From: Anthoceros angustus
Taxonomy: Eukaryota > Plantae > Anthocerotophyta
Direction of reading: 5' to 3'
NCBI GenBank assembly: GCA_010909165.1
Contig: MU008161.1
Span: 1,302,001-1,366,000, forward strand
Length of the DNA: 64,000 bases
Below, one piece after another: positions 1 to 13,570 of this stretch. The position numbers and the translations under genes were made by a program. Positions within the stretch are counted from its first letter, which is position 1. Each line of letters starts with the position of its first letter. The notes under the pieces are model-generated. The model did no database searches. It was given only the letters and a program-made list of their open reading frames with translations, and was not told the DNA's origin.

Positions 1-691
1 CAGCGTCTACTTCTTGGCCGCTCGAGAATCACAGGATTATGGTGAACCATTCTGCTATATTGATGAGAAATTGCCCCTTTCCGTGGCGGTGTGGGTCTAC
101 CATTTGGACATAGGCGTTCTGTCTCTTAAGTTGGATTGGGTATTTGAGAACGATGAAATTGCGATGTTCTGGAGGTCAATGCAGCTCCGTGTGACCAAAG
201 GTGGCGCTGTTAGCTTCATCTTCTTAGGTTTTCCAAGGTACGCAAGTACCGGTGACTTGAGTCTCTACAAGCTCGGCCCCCTAGACCCCTCACGGAATTG
301 CTTCTGGGATGTTAAGAAGCAGATTGAGCTTGATGGTCGTTGGGTTTTGCGGAATCGTGGTCGTGCTTGCTTGGATTGAGGCTGAGTGGCGTGAAGTGAG
401 TGACTGATAGTGGGTTTTTGTGGTTTTTTTTTGTGTTTAGCAGATTGGCGATGGTGGGTTTCCTCTTGAGCCTGAGGAGGTAGAGAAGGTGCAAGAGAGG
501 TTGATCTCTGGCTGGCAGGACAGATGTGGAGGACTGTTCACGTGACATTCCTTTTGCAGTGGTGAGAGCAGCTGGACGGTGCTGTGGTTTGCTGTGAGGG
601 GATCTGATGAATGATGGGAGCTGCAAGGGGATAACATGTACAGGTTATGGGTCACAAGGGGTGACGGCAACCTGGAGTTAGAATCCTACAC

Positions 692-900
692 CTTCCTGAG
701 TGTCCTGTATGCTGGGACTTACTCTCAGAAGAAAAGAACGTTCCTTTGGTGCTCCACTGTGGCCACACATTATGTAGAGGCTGCACGGAGCAGCTGGTTA
801 TGACAGGCTCCAGCCCGGGGAAGAAGGCCTTGCAGTGCTCTGAATGCCGGTTGTGGTCTTTGTGGTCTGGCAACCTACCTAAGACCTCATGCTTCTTCGC
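692..900 (+). pseudogene. RING-HC (C3HC4) zinc-finger gene fragment
   Basis: The frame from 692 reads LPECPVCWDLLSEEKNVPLVLHCGHTLCRGCTEQL...LQCSECRLWSLWSGNLPK, with all eight RING ligands. There is an in-frame TGA at 662 and no ATG, so this is a fragment or an internal exon. Confidence 0.7.
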
Positions 901-2235
901 GCTCTCAGCTGTGCTGTGCCAGCAGAGGCTGAGCACCCTTCGCATGGCTCTGCACGGAAGGACATGGAGACTGCATGACCATGCAGACATTGGCAGTGGC
1001 AGTGACTCGGGGACCATGAAGACATGGCTTTCCGGCATCCTATTAGAGAGGTATGGACAGTTGCAAGGCTGATAAAGACTCTCATATTGTTCTTCTGCCT
1101 CTGTGATTCATGCACATGTTACTGGTGGTGGACAGCTATGCTTGGGGGCATCGTGTTACCATGCCATAGCACACCATCAACCATTCCCCATCTCTACCAC
1201 TTGTGAGAGAACGTAGATTTTTTTAGTTTCCTTGGTCTGTGGCCTGCTTCTTGTAGGCAGCTACTCGTCGTGCCCTTAAAAGAGGGTCATGATGCTGTTT
1301 GCGAAAGCTGTCTTCTGTAGTTGCCATAGTTTTTGAAGAAACAAAATAAAGGGTAAAGAAAGGCTTCACGTTTTCTTGCACGAAGAGGCTCGCGATACTT
1401 GTATTCGTGGCGCCCACTGTCAGCTACGGTCCTTTTTGGCCCCTCTTTGACGTTCAAATTTCTGGTATTTGATACCAATCTAGCCTTCTTCCCGGTGTGA
1501 GTTGAACTGAGAAGTAAGAACAAGTAATTCTTAGGCTGCACTGGAGATGTTAAGCTAAGCCGTTAAGCTCTGTCCGTAGATGAAACTTTCATGAGTGACG
1601 AGTGTTGTAGCCTCCTCTTCGTAATTTCAAATGGGTCGAATGGTTTTGGTTCGATACCTATTATATTGGATACTCGCAACAGGTTATGTTGCTCGATGAA
1701 AAGCAACAATCGCAATGGGTCCATTTCTCTCAGTGTGAGAGTGACTCTTTTAAAGATGGTCCATAAAAGGACTTTGATGATAAAAGCAGGTGTTCCATTA
1801 TAAGGTGATTCCATCTTCAATTGAAAGATAAGATCGACTTCATCAAAGGACTTTCTTTCATGACAAGTGGAGAACTTCCAATATGGAAGAGACATACAAA
1901 GGCAAGATGAAGGACTACGAATGTGATATATTAAAATATATTTTAATTTGATTTTTTAGAATATTTTACCACTTGTTGTTCCTATTGATTATTGATTAAC
2001 AATCACTAGGAAGATCAAACATAATATATTTCTAAAAATTTATATAATATTTATATCTATATATTAATTATAATATACAAATATAAATATTTTCTTAAAT
2101 TGATTGTACACTTATTTCTTTTGAAGCAATCAAATTCAATTACAAGAGAATCTCAAAATACATTCTCCCTTGATGAGGGACATACTAGACCTAAGTTCAT
2201 GAGAATTCCGTGGCTAAACTACTCCCATTTGATTG

Positions 2236-2315
2236 CTACGGGGATGGGGTGTCACTCATCTCCATCCCCGTAGATGAGTGACACCCCATCTCACTCATCT
2301 ACGGGGATGAGTGAG
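2236..2315. repeat. Interlocking short inverted repeats
   Basis: Exact reverse-complement pairs: 2236-2247/2262-2273, 2243-2261/2272-2290, 2263-2278/2294-2309 and 2290-2299/2306-2315. Confidence 0.85.
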
Positions 2316-2347
2316 GAACATCTTCTATTTGTGGTGAAGCTCTTCGT

Positions 2348-2630
2348 GCCCTATGCCCCAAGATTGTTTAGGGGCTCCTCTTCGTCCCCCATGCCCCAAG
2401 ATTGTTTACGGGCTCCCGGACAGGCTCTCCGATGTATGGCCCATTGCATGCCCCATGCCCCAAGATTGTTTAGAGGATCCTCTTTGTGCCCCATGCCCAA
2501 AGATTGTTTAGGGGCTCCCGGACAGGCTCTCTCATGTATGCCCCGCAATGGGGCTTGGTTGTAAGGTCCGTTCCCGGGAGAGGCTCTCTGATGTATGTCC
2601 CGCAATGGGCCTTGGTTGTAAGGTCCATTC
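2348..2630. repeat. Degenerate tandem repeats
   Basis: Recurrent CCCCATGCCCCAAGATTGTTTA, GGGCTCCCGGACAGGCTCTC and CCGCAATGGG..TTGGTTGTAAGGTCC units. Confidence 0.8.
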
Positions 2631-3090
2631 GCGGCTCCTAGGTGGTATATCTCCGCTGTTGTAAGGCCCTTCAGGGCTCTCTAAATCAAGTGGAATATAA
2701 ATACTTGAAAATTATATCAAAAATAAAATATAAAAATATATTAAATATAAAAATCTTTATAATATATATTACATTCATTTTTATTCTTACGATTAAATAT
2801 GAAAGATACTTTACTTTACTTTACTTTTGGAAGTTATTACATCATTGATATGTACATTTACTTTCATTTGATTAAATATGATCATTGATCATTTATAATG
2901 ATCATTAATATATACATATATGTATAGTGTGGTGTACAATTCTTTAGATGTTTGGCATAGGTAAGCATGAGTGGAGGCTTTAGCATTGCCCATGGTGATC
3001 AAGGCGCATGTGCAGGTGCACCTGGTCTTAGGATGGGTTAGTTGTACTTTTTTTAATTCTCTTATAAGCTCCAAAAAGGAACACTAAAAC

Positions 3091-3400
3091 TAAAGTGTAC
3101 TTCTTATTTGACCTTGCCCAACACTACGCCATGAGTGAATCGGCTAAAAATAAAGTGCACTTCTTACTTGACCTTGCCCAAGACTATGCCATGAGTGAAT
3201 CGACTGTAAATGAACCTCTTTTCTTTGCGTATCAGGTATGGCACACTCACCACAATCTTCTTCTTCCCCTTATGCTCATCACAAGCTTCCATATCCATCA
3301 ACCACAACTCGTACTTGATATATGTTACAAGAGTTGCATAACTTTAACTTTAGAACTTGCACAACTTTAACCTTAGAACTTGCACAACTTTAACCCCAGA
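3091..3400. repeat. 60-bp tandem duplication (3091-3205) and 3 x 23-bp repeat (about 3333-3402)
   Basis: TAAAGTGYACTTCTTAYTTGACCTTGCCCAA...ATGAGTGAATCG occurs twice; TTGCAYAACTTTAACYYYAGAAC occurs three times. Confidence 0.85.
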
Positions 3401-3948
3401 ACCCCCAAGACTGTTGAATTGAGACTTTTGGGTAGATTTTCAAGCAATATATTTATTTTTAGAAATATTTTGGACATATTTTTGAGTATTTTTGATCCGC
3501 ATGTAAATTTGCATATGATGATATTTTAAAATATTTAAAAGTGTAAAAAAATTAAACAAAACCTTATTAAACCATTGAAACTTATAAGTTTCTTCTTTAT
3601 TTTTCTTGGAGTTTATGACAACAATTGATCAGCTTTCAATAGGTTTCTTTTGCTTTCAATAGGTTTCTTTTGCCAATCTTTTACGGGAGTCTAAACTAAG
3701 CATAAAGACATATCCATAAAAGGTTTTCCTCCAAGCTTGTATTTTTTGTCAAAAGTTCACAATATTGATATCACGGAGACCTTGGGGTCTTCCAGCACAT
3801 TGTCCTAGGATAGATGGAGCTACCCCATCTTTGGGTATGAATGAATATTAACCCTAGAAGGACCAGCCTGATTTGGGCTTTTCCAAAATTTCATGATTTC
3901 TGATCATTTGGAGATTATTTATTTGATTAAAATCTATAAAAGAAATAC

Positions 3949-4527
3949 AATAGAATTTACTTATATAAATGTATCTTGGAGTTATAGATCAATTTATGAA
4001 AGGAGTAACAAAGCTGGCTTGAGTGCTTTGCAAGAAAACTCCATGTAGAGGCATGTTTAGAAGAGCAGCTTACTAAGAGCATGTTAAGCATGCAGCCCTA
4101 GGAAGTGTGTGGTAGTAAATAATAGCTTAAAGCTTAAGTAAGTAGTTACTAAGATTGTAGCTAGGGCTTGAGTATAAAACGAGACCTAGCCCTGGGCTAA
4201 AGACAATTCAGCCAAAGATCCTCAAAAGCCTTGAGAGCACTTGTTGCTTGGCCGTGAGCACCTAAGGGAGGCCGTGAAGGAGCTTTGTGGAGGAGGTCAA
4301 GTGAAGGGAGAACTAAGCTCCTAGCTTAGGCAAAGATGGGGAGTTCTCTCTAGCCCTCCATCTGTATGTTCTTGTTGACTCGTGGTTTGAGAATAAAGAG
4401 CCGCAAGGGTGTCTCACGAGTCCTCCTAGAAGAGGAGGCGGCTACTTGGAGGCCTAGTCTATGGTGTTGATTTATTACTGGTTTTGCTTCTAAGCTGCGT
4501 GGTTTTCCCCACTAAGAGGGTGTTACT
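3949..4527 (+). mobile_element. 5' LTR of Ty3/Gypsy element (boundaries approximate)
   Basis: Directly upstream of the PBS, with a TATA-like AGTATAAAA near 4171 and AATAAA near 4393. Its start (AGAATTTACTTATATAAAT...) recurs as TGTGGAATTTACTTATATAAAT at 17526. Confidence 0.65.
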
Positions 4528-4529
4528 TG

Positions 4530-4541
4530 TGGTATCAGAGC
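4530..4541 (+). other. Primer-binding site (initiator tRNA-Met)
   Basis: TGGTATCAGAGC, the canonical plant tRNAi-Met PBS, just upstream of gag. Confidence 0.9.
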
Positions 4542-4578
4542 ATAGGTTGAGGCATCCTTAACTAGTACGCTAGTGGAG

Positions 4579-7500
4579 ATGGCAGATCCTGCTGAGCCAA
4601 GTAGAGTGGAAAGGGTACGCCGCCGGAAGGATAAGGCCCCGCTATCAAGCCTGGAAGACAAGCAGTCCGCAAGTTGTGAGAACAGCGGAGGAAGGAACTT
4701 CGGAGCAGAGGACCGCACCATAGAGGACCAGCTCAAAAGATCATGAGGAGACTTGATGCCATGGATCGAGATTAAAGGCGGTGGCTCGTTGAAGAAGAGC
4801 CGAAGAAGTGGAGCTGAGCTCGAGAGCAAGGCCAAAAGTCTAAGAAGTTGAGGCCGAGTACAGCCCCAAAGACTTACAAAGGCGGCGTGGCGTAGAAAAT
4901 CAGTTCTTGGTTTTCTCTTTGGGCGTACCTCGAATCATGCAGTGCCGCAAGATGAGTACAAGCACGCCACGAATTTCTTAGAGGATTATGCTCTTACTTG
5001 GTGGAGGACTTACGTTGAGAGCGTAAGGCAAGGCAATCGCAGAGCCACAATCTTCACATGGGGACTTCAAGCAAGCGGCGCAACTCGCTTTCCAACCCGC
5101 TAATGCGAGTTTGGCGCGAAGGATGCTCGACAATGTCAAGCATACTGGAACTTTGCGGGAGTATGTGAGTGAGTTTAGCTCTATTGTCTTGCAATGTCCA
5201 GAGATGCATGAGCAGGACAAACTCCACAAGTTTATCACTGGCCTTAAGAGATGGGCTCAAAATAGGATAGCTTTGACTAATCCTCAAACACTGCAAGAGG
5301 CCATGGCAGCAGCAGATGCCATACCGGATATGTTTATTCAAGAGGCACCGGTATCAAGAGGAAGATATCCTAGGTCTCAGGGTAGATCTAGAGGGAGAGG
5401 ACGAGCTACCACCACTGTGAATAGTGGAACCAATGAGACTACTGGCAGAGGCCGAGCTAGAGGAGATAATGGGTCGTGAAGACGCACAAAGGCCTAGCTT
5501 AGGTGTGTGCTACAGTTGCGGAGAACAGGGACACTTTGCTAGGAATTGTCTGCATGTTCGAACTCCCAACTTGAATTTGGTTGCCGCCAATCCACCTGTT
5601 CCAAGAGCCAGGATCCAAGAACTTCCTGAGGAGCCCAGGTGACGCCGAGGGCCACATGTTGTGAAGACATATGGTGAGTCATCTAGTGTCAAGGATGACA
5701 CTATTTTGAGGAAATGTGGAGACCTCATGTACATATGTGGGAAGATGAGTGACTTAGATGTAGAGTTATTGTTGGATTCTGCAACCACCCACAATTTTAT
5801 AACTCTTAGTAAGGCAAGAGAGCTTGGTCTTGAATGGACTGAAACTTCCACGCCATATGGAATCAAGCAAGCTAAAGGGACTGCAATTTTGCATGCATGG
5901 AGTAAAGCCAAGTTGAAGCATGGCAAGGAAATGTGAGTTTCACAGTCGTCGAGATGGACGACCATGATATCATCTTAGGCCTGGAGTGGATGAGATCCAA
6001 TGAAGTATACATGGATGTTAAGTCACGCACTATTGAGATATCCAAGAAGCACAAGGTAAAGCACAGGGTACTATCAGATGAGGATTGCTAAGGGGCATGA
6101 GTACAAAAGAGCATGTAAAACAAGGTATGGATCTTTTGAGTTTCTTGTCATGTCATTTGGACTTACTAATGCACCTGCCACATTTCACACTCTTATGAAT
6201 ACCATATTCATAGATTTGGTAGACAAGTTTGTTGTAATCTATCTGGATGACATTTTGATCTATAGTCATACCTTGGAGGAACATGTTGAGCACTTGAGGA
6301 AGGTGCTACAGAGACTAAGAGAGAATTCTTTGTTCTTGGCAATTAAGAAGTGTGATTTCGTGAGCAGATTCCATTTTAGGTTTTACTGCCTCACGAGAGC
6401 ATCAGGATAAAGTTAAAGCCATTCAAGATTGGCAGCCCCCTCGGAACATTCATGAGGTACGGAGCTTCATGGGTTTGGCTTCTAAGTCTATATTCATATG
6501 TTTGCTAAGATAAATTTCATAATCACCACTTGAAGACATCAAAAGCTTGGAAGTGGGATGCTGATTGTCAAGCAGCCTTTGAATACTTGAAAGAGAAGTT
6601 AAGTACTACTCCGGTGTTGGGAATGTATGACCCCAAGAAAGATGTAGAAGTGTATTGTGATGCCTTAGACATGGCTATAGGTGGAGTTTTGATGCAGGAC
6701 CAAAAGCCATTAGCTTTTGAATCAAGGAAGTTGGATCCTTATGAGATGAAGTATCCCACCTATGAGAAGGAAATGACTGTTGTCATCCACTGTCTAAAGG
6801 CTTGGAGACACTATCTCTTGGGTAGGTCTTTTGTGCTGTATACTGATAATATCAGTACAACATACTTGTCAAGGACTGAAGGCAATGGCAACTGTGATTG
6901 AGCCTGTGGATACTCACAAAGAGATTAAGGAAGCTTATGTGCAAGATCCTGAAGTGTAGGACTGGATGAATGGGGTGGCAGAGAAAGGAAGCAAGTTTAA
7001 ACTCAGAGATGATTTGTTGATATACAAACAGAAGAGAGTTGTGATTCCTGGCTCTGTAGGCTTGAAGATGAAGTTACTTGCTGAATGTCATGATGTGCCA
7101 AGTGCTGGTCACCGTGGAGGTGATTCAACTTATAAGAAGTTGAAGAAGCTGTTTTACTGGCGAGGAATGTATCAGGATACATTAGACTATGTCAAGGCAT
7201 GTGCTGTTTGTCAACAGCATAAGGTGGAGCAGGCTAAACCAAGAGGTTTGTTACAACCCCTACCTATTTCAAGAGGGCCATGGAAAAGTATTTTCATGGA
7301 CTTCGTCATGTCTTTGCCTCCCAATAATGGTTATATAGCTATCATGACAGTGGTGGATAGGTTCACCAGGCAAGCGCACTTCATCCCCACCAAGTGCACG
7401 AGGCAGCCAACTTGTTCAAGAAGTATGTACAAGTATCATGGCTTGCGTGCGATTAATGGTGATAGAGATCCAAGACTCAGGAGAATTCTAGCAACACTTG

Positions 7501-8080
7501 ATGAGAAGTTTGAATGTGCAGTTATGCATGAGTATTGCATACCATCCGGATCGATGGGTTACGGCGAGTCAACGAATCCAAGAAGAATACTTGAGTCACA
7601 ATGTGCAGATTGATCAGAGAGATTGGCCTGATCATCTTGATGATGTGGAGTTTTGTTACAATAACCAGTAGCTCCAGGATATGGTCCCTTTGAGATGAGT
7701 GGAAACTCGGTGGGATGTAGTATCCATGCTAACGCTAAAGTTTTGATACTACTTGGAGATCCGCCAATTCGTTGGCGATTGAAGGCTAGGCATGAGGTTG
7801 CCAAAGATATTAAAATCAAGCACGTCGAAGAGTTGGCTTCAATGTTGGGGATAAGGTTTGGGTGAAATTGAAGCATTTCACACTGCCCCAGGGTTTGTCT
7901 CTAAAGTTGAGGCCGAAGTATGGAGGTCCTTATGTTGTCATGAAGCGCATTGGAGAAGTGGCTTATAAGTTGGACTTGCCTGACTGGATTTTTGCACACA
8001 ATGTGTTTCATGTATCAATGCTGAAGTCATTCATGCCAGGCAAAGAGAAAGAGGACATGGACAAGAAGAAGTATAGTGAT
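4579..8080 (+). mobile_element. Disrupted Ty3/Gypsy (chromovirus-like) gag-pol
   Basis: Gag (5111-5479), zinc knuckle CYSCGEQGHFARNC (~5507-5548), protease LLLDSATTHNF, RT FGLTNAPATF/YLDDILIY (6078-6410), RNase H VYCDA...EKEM (6530-6901), integrase HDVPSAGH...CAVC and GPY motif. The domain order is RT-RH-INT. There are several frameshifts, and the RT N-terminus is deleted near 6065. Confidence 0.95.
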
Positions 8081-8351
8081 ACTGTACTTCTTCCTTCTAT
8101 CCATTATCGCTGTACTTCTTCCTGTCCATGTCCTCTTTCTCTTTGCCTGGCACAAATGGCTCCAGCATTGATACATGAAACACATTGTGTGCAAAAATCC
8201 AGTCAGGCAAGTCCAACTTATAAGCCACTTCTCCAATGCGCTTCAGGACAACATAAGGACCTCTATACTGCCTCAACTTTAGAGGCAAAGGTGAAATGCT
8301 CAATTTCACCCAAACCTTATCCCCAACATTGAAGCCAACTCTTCCGACGTG
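7821..8351. repeat. Fold-back inverted repeat of the integrase C-terminus
   Basis: Arms about 7821-8080 and 8105-8351. The peptide GEVAYKLDLPDWIFAHNVFHVSML is encoded on both strands. Confidence 0.9.
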
Positions 8352-8356
8352 CGAGC

Positions 8357-10439
8357 CTATGGCTATAGGTGGAGTTTTGATGCGGGACCAAAAGCCATTA
8401 GCTTTTGAATCAAGGAAGTTGGATCCTTATGAGATGAAGTATCCCACCTATGAGAAGGAAATGATCATCCAATCCATCTAAAGGCTTGGAGACACTATCT
8501 CTTGGGTAGGTCTTTTTGTCTGTATCGATAATATCGACAACATACTTGTCAAGGGTGAAGGCAATGGCAAGCGTGATTGAGCCTGTGGATACTCACAAAG
8601 AGATTAAGGAAGCTTATGTGCAAGATCCAAGAAGTGGATGAATGGGGTGGCGAGAGAAGGAAGCAAGTTTAAACTCGAGATGATTTGTTGATATACAAAG
8701 CGAGAGAGTTGTGATTCACGGCTCTCAGAGGGAAGATGAAGTTACTTCTGAATGTCATGATGTGCCAAGTGCTGGTCACCGTGGAGGTGATTCAACTTAT
8801 AAGAAGTTGAAGAAGAAATCTTGGCGAGGAATGTATCAGGATACATTAGACTATGTCAAGGCATGTGCTGTTTGTCAACAGGATAAGGTGGAGCAGGCTA
8901 AACCAAGAGGTTTGTTACAACCCCTACCTATTTCAAGAGGGCCATGGAAAAGTATTTTCATGGACTTCATCATCTTTGCCTCCCAATAATGGTTATATAG
9001 CTATCATGGCATGGTGGATAGGTTCACCGGGCAAGCGCTTCATCCCACCAGCGGTGTGCCGAGGCGTGCTTGTTATGCAAGTATCATGGCTTGCAGTCAC
9101 CAGTTGTGGTGATAGAGATCCAAGACTCAGGAGAATTCTAGCAACACTTGATGAGAAGTTTTGAATGTGCGATTATGCATGAGTATTGCATACCATCCGG
9201 ATCGATGGGTTACGGCGAGTCAACCGAATCCAAGAAGAATACTTGAGTCACAATGCGATTGATCGAGAGATTGGGCTAATCATCTTGATGATGGGTTTGT
9301 TACAATAACACATAGCTCCAGGATATGGTCCCTTTGAGATGAGTGGAAACTGGCGGATGTAGTATCCATAGCGCTAAAGTTTTGATACTACCACTTTGGA
9401 GATCCACGGCGTTGAGCTTGAAGGCTAGGCATGAGGTTGCCAAAGATATTAAAATCAAGCACGTCGAAGAGTTGGCTTCAATGTTGGGGATAAGGTTTGG
9501 GTGAAATTGAAGCATTTCACTTTGGTTTGTCTCTAAAGTTGAGGCATGGAGGTCCTTATGTTGTCATGAGCGCATTGGAAGTGGCTTATAAGTTGGACTT
9601 ACTGGATTTTTGCACACAATGTGTTTCATGTATCAATCTTGAAGTCATTCATGCCGAGGCAAAGAGAAAGAGGACATGGACAAGAAGAAGTATAGTGATA
9701 CTTCTTCCTTCTATCCATTATCGTTGTGCTTCTTCTCCATGTCCTCTCTTTTGCTCGTGGCTCGCATTGATATGGCTCCGGTAAAAATCCAATCGGTAAG
9801 TCCAACTTATAAGCCACTTCTTCAGCATAAGGACCTCTATACTGCCTCAACTTTAGAGAAACTCGGGCAATGTGCTCAATTTCACCAAAGGCTTACCCGG
9901 CTCAGCACATCTTTTGGCAACCTCATGCCCAACCTTCAAATCAACATGGCGATCTCCGGATTAGTTTCAAAACTTTAGCTTAGCATAAAATAATACATCC
10001 ATACCGAGTTTCCACTTATCTCAAAGGGACTATATCCTGTGAGCTATGTATTGTGTTATTGTAACAAAACTCCGCATCATCAAGATAATCGCCCAATCTC
10101 TCCTGATCAATCGCATTGTGCCTCAAGTATTCTTCTGATTCGTTGACACGCTAACCCATCAAGATCGATGGTATGCAATACATGCCTCGCCAGCGTCAAC
10201 TGCATCAAATGTTGCTGACTCCGTGAGTCTTGATCTCTATCACTCATTAATTGCACGGCAAGCCATGATACTTGTACACAAACTTTGAACAAGTTGGCCG
10301 CCTGCACAGGATGAAGTGCGCTGCGTGAACCTATCCACCACTGTCATGATAGCTATATAACCATTATTGGGAGGCAAAGGCATGACGAAGTCCATGAAAA
10401 TACTTTTCCATGCCATGTCTAAGGCATCACAATACACTT
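8357..10439. mobile_element. Indel-rich second copy of Gypsy RNase H-integrase plus a longer inverted arm
   Basis: 8357-9700 repeats 6670-8100. It turns back at the same point and continues on the minus strand to ~10410, where it joins RNase H VYCDALDMA through CATGG microhomology. Confidence 0.85.
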
Positions 10440-10843
10440 AACACCATAATATTTGAAGCGGCTGAATATACAAACCCTCTTATGCAAATCAGAAACCCGC
10501 ATGTTCAAATCTTGACAGTACCTATACTGCATGTTTAGGCATGATGTGATTCTAAGGGGGTGGGTGTTATTTCATCACAATGCAATTTCAACGCATTCAT
10601 TCGAGAAATACGCCTCTAGTTATGATGGTTGGCAGTGGGAACTAGGCGTTTTGGACGTAGGTCGTTAAAGTCTTTCGAAGATGAAGGGCGCAGGCATGCC
10701 GGGGCCATATGTTCAGCAACACGATTCACATAGCAGTTTCAACACATGGAACAACAAAACTGGACCCATCAGGTAACTAACGCCAAACAAGGTCGGACTC
10801 TGTAATCGAGCACGCTATCCATGACTACTTCCACGTTCTTTAG

Positions 10844-11975
10844 TCACGCATGATCGGGGTCTTCAAAGTTGTCGTTTTCCTCCATGATATTTCCTGTGTC
10901 CGAGGAGCCACCTCCACAACCTGCGGGCGTGTCTGTTGCACGCCACATGGTGTTCAATGTCTGCTGCCCAACGTCAAGGATGTCTACAGTCTTCTCTTTC
11001 CTCCTAGAAGACCCCAAAGAGACAACTTGAGCTTGTGACAAACCCTTTTCCGACAATGTCACTTCTTTAGCCCAGAACTGAGTTGGACCCCGGCGGTGTG
11101 GCTCGTGGTTCAACTCCTCATCGGAGTCCGGCAAAACCTTATGTCCATGGATCCTCTGAGGTATGAACTCTGCGCAGCGCTTGTCTACATCCACAGCAAT
11201 GCAATTCCGGCCACATAGGAGAGCAGCCATCGTTGTCGATCAACTCCCTGCACATGGGTCTAAAATCCAATCTCCCTCCTGCGAGAAGTTTTTGATGATT
11301 CTCATCATCAGGCCCAATGGCCTCTGATACGCACAGACCACCAGCTTATTGAGGGATGTGTATAGCATCTTCTTCACCACAGTGTCATGCCCAATGATTG
11401 CACGTCCGTTGTTGAAGGAACCCTGGACATTATTGGGGAGCATGGAAATTTTGGCTACCACACATGTTAAGCCCTACCCATCTGAATGTATTCAAAGGTC
11501 GTAGCCACCAGTCGTTTGCATATTAGTCTTGTCCCATACAAATGAGACCAAGCCTCCTGCACCACTTCCGTGATTGCCTCCCTCACCGTGTGGTGCTCCT
11601 CCACACCATGCATGACTATCATCCGTATCTCGTCGCAACTTGTCATATCATGGAAAGCATGGAATGACATCAGTAAGCCCATAGTGACATCATGTTTCCC
11701 CTTGTTAAACCCTCGGGGCACATCCATGACCATCAATGTGTACTTCCGAATCCGCAAGAAGCCCCTCATGTCAATGATATCCCTTGCCATAACCTGGTAC
11801 TTCACAATATTCTCTGTGGTCGGAACTGTGAAAGTTTGTAGGCCTTCCTCCATGTCCATGTCCGCCATAGCCCTCTGCTCCTCCTCCAGGCCTTTCCAAG
11901 TGTGCACTTCAAGCACAAAAGCCTGAAAAGCGTCTAGGAGTTTCTTCAGGTCATCCACATCCTTCACTTGCATAG
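10844..11975 (-). pseudogene. Beta-class amino (N4-cytosine/N6-adenine) DNA methyltransferase domain, copy 1
   Basis: Motif IV-like YTLMVMDVPRG (DVPRG at 11710-11724) comes before YQRPLGLMMRIIKNFSQEGDWILDPCAGS*STTMAALLCGRNCIAVDVD (motifs X, I, II). There is a TGA at 11240-11242 and a frameshift near 11465. Confidence 0.8.
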
Positions 11976-12054
11976 CGACAAAGATTATGTCAATATAGCA
12001 GACGGACATTCAATGGAAGGACATTCACAGACAAAGGCATGACGAATCATAATC

Positions 12055-13570
12055 TTTCCATGCCATGTCTAAGGCATCACAATAACACCATAATATTTGA
12101 AGCGGCTGAATATACAAACCCTCTTATGCAAATCGAAACCCGCATGTTCAAATCTTGGCCGGTGCCTATAATGCATGTTTAGGCATGATGTGATTCTAAG
12201 GGGTGGGTGTTATTTCATCACAATGCAATTTCAACGCATTAGTTAGAAATCGCCTCTAGTTATGGTGGTTGGCTTGAAATAGGCGTTTTGGACGTGGGTC
12301 GTTAAAGTCTTTGAAGATGAAGGCGCGGCATCGGGCCATATGTTCAACACGATTCATAAAACTTTCAACCCATGGAACAAGCGGGACCTACTGCCTGACG
12401 TCAAAACAAAATGGGACTCTGTAGCCTTTGCCCGAACCACGCTATCCATGACTACTTCACGTCTTTAGTCACGCATGATCGGGGTCTTCAAAGTTGTCGT
12501 TCTCCTCCATGATATTTCACGTGTCCAGAGCCACCTCCACAACTGATGGCTTTCATTGCACGCCACATGGTGTTCAATGTCTGCCCAACGTCAAGGATGT
12601 CTATCTTCTCTTTCCTCCTAGAAGACCCCAAAGAGACAACTTGAGCTTGTGACAAACCTTTTCCGACAATGTCACTTCTTTAGCCCAGGCGAGTTGGACC
12701 CGTGGTGGCTCGTGGGTTCAACTCCTCGTCCGGCAAAACCTTCCATGGATCCTCGATGTATGAACTCTGCGCGTTGTCTACATCCACAATGCAATTCCGG
12801 CCCACATGGGAGGCGACATCGTTGTCGATCAACTCACGCGTCTAAAATCCAATCTCCCTCCTTGAGAAGTTTTTGATGATTCTCATCGGCCCAATGGCCT
12901 CGATACGCCGCAACCACCCTTATTGAGGGATGTGTATAGCATCTTCTTCACCACAGTGTCATGCCCAATGATTGCACGTCCGTTGTTGAAGGAACCCTGG
13001 ACATTATTGGGGAGCATGGAAATTTTGGCCAGCTTGCTACGCGATGTTAAGCCCTACCCCACTGTAATGTATTCAACAGTGTCGTAGCCACCCAGGTCGT
13101 TTTGCATATTAGTCTTGTCCCATACAAATGAGACCAAGCCTCCCGATTGCCACTTCGCATTGCCTCCTCCATGTGGTGCTCCTCCACCATGCATGACTAT
13201 CATCCGTATCTCGTCGCAACTTGTCATATCATGGAAAGCATGGAAAAGCACTCAGTGCTGCAAATATGAGTGACATCATGTTTCCCTTGTTAAATCCTCG
13301 GGGCACATCCATGACCATCAATGTGTATTTCCGAATCCATGAAGCCCCTCATGTCAATGATATCCCTTGCCATAACGGTACTTCACAATATTCTCGTGGT
13401 CGGGCCTTGAAAGATTGCAGGCCTTCTTCCATGTCCATGTCCGCCATAGCCTCTGCTCCTCCTCCAAGCCTTTCCAAGTGTGCACTTCAAGCACAAAAGC
13501 TTGAAAAGCGTCTAGTTTCTTGGTCATCCACATCCTTTACTTCGTAAGCGACAAAGATTATGTCAATATA
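12055..13570 (-). pseudogene. Tandem second copy of the methyltransferase region (possible assembly duplicate)
   Basis: Repeats ~10405-11995 with many small indels and has the same DVPRG and the same TGA. It preserves FVWDKTNMQNDLGGYDTVEYITVG, matching the WxK...EY segment of beta-class methyltransferases. Confidence 0.75.

Noticed and set aside
1468-2172. Minus-strand PPT-like (TCAAGGGAGAA-TG) and PBS-like (TGGTATCAAA) motifs bracketing a possible LTR
   Set aside because: The PBS match is short, there is no terminal CA or second LTR, and no gag was recognised.
11240-11242. TGA in MTase motif I as recoding or RNA editing
   Set aside because: Plant U-to-C editing is organellar, and it would give Arg rather than the expected Gly. 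A simple nonsense mutation is more likely.
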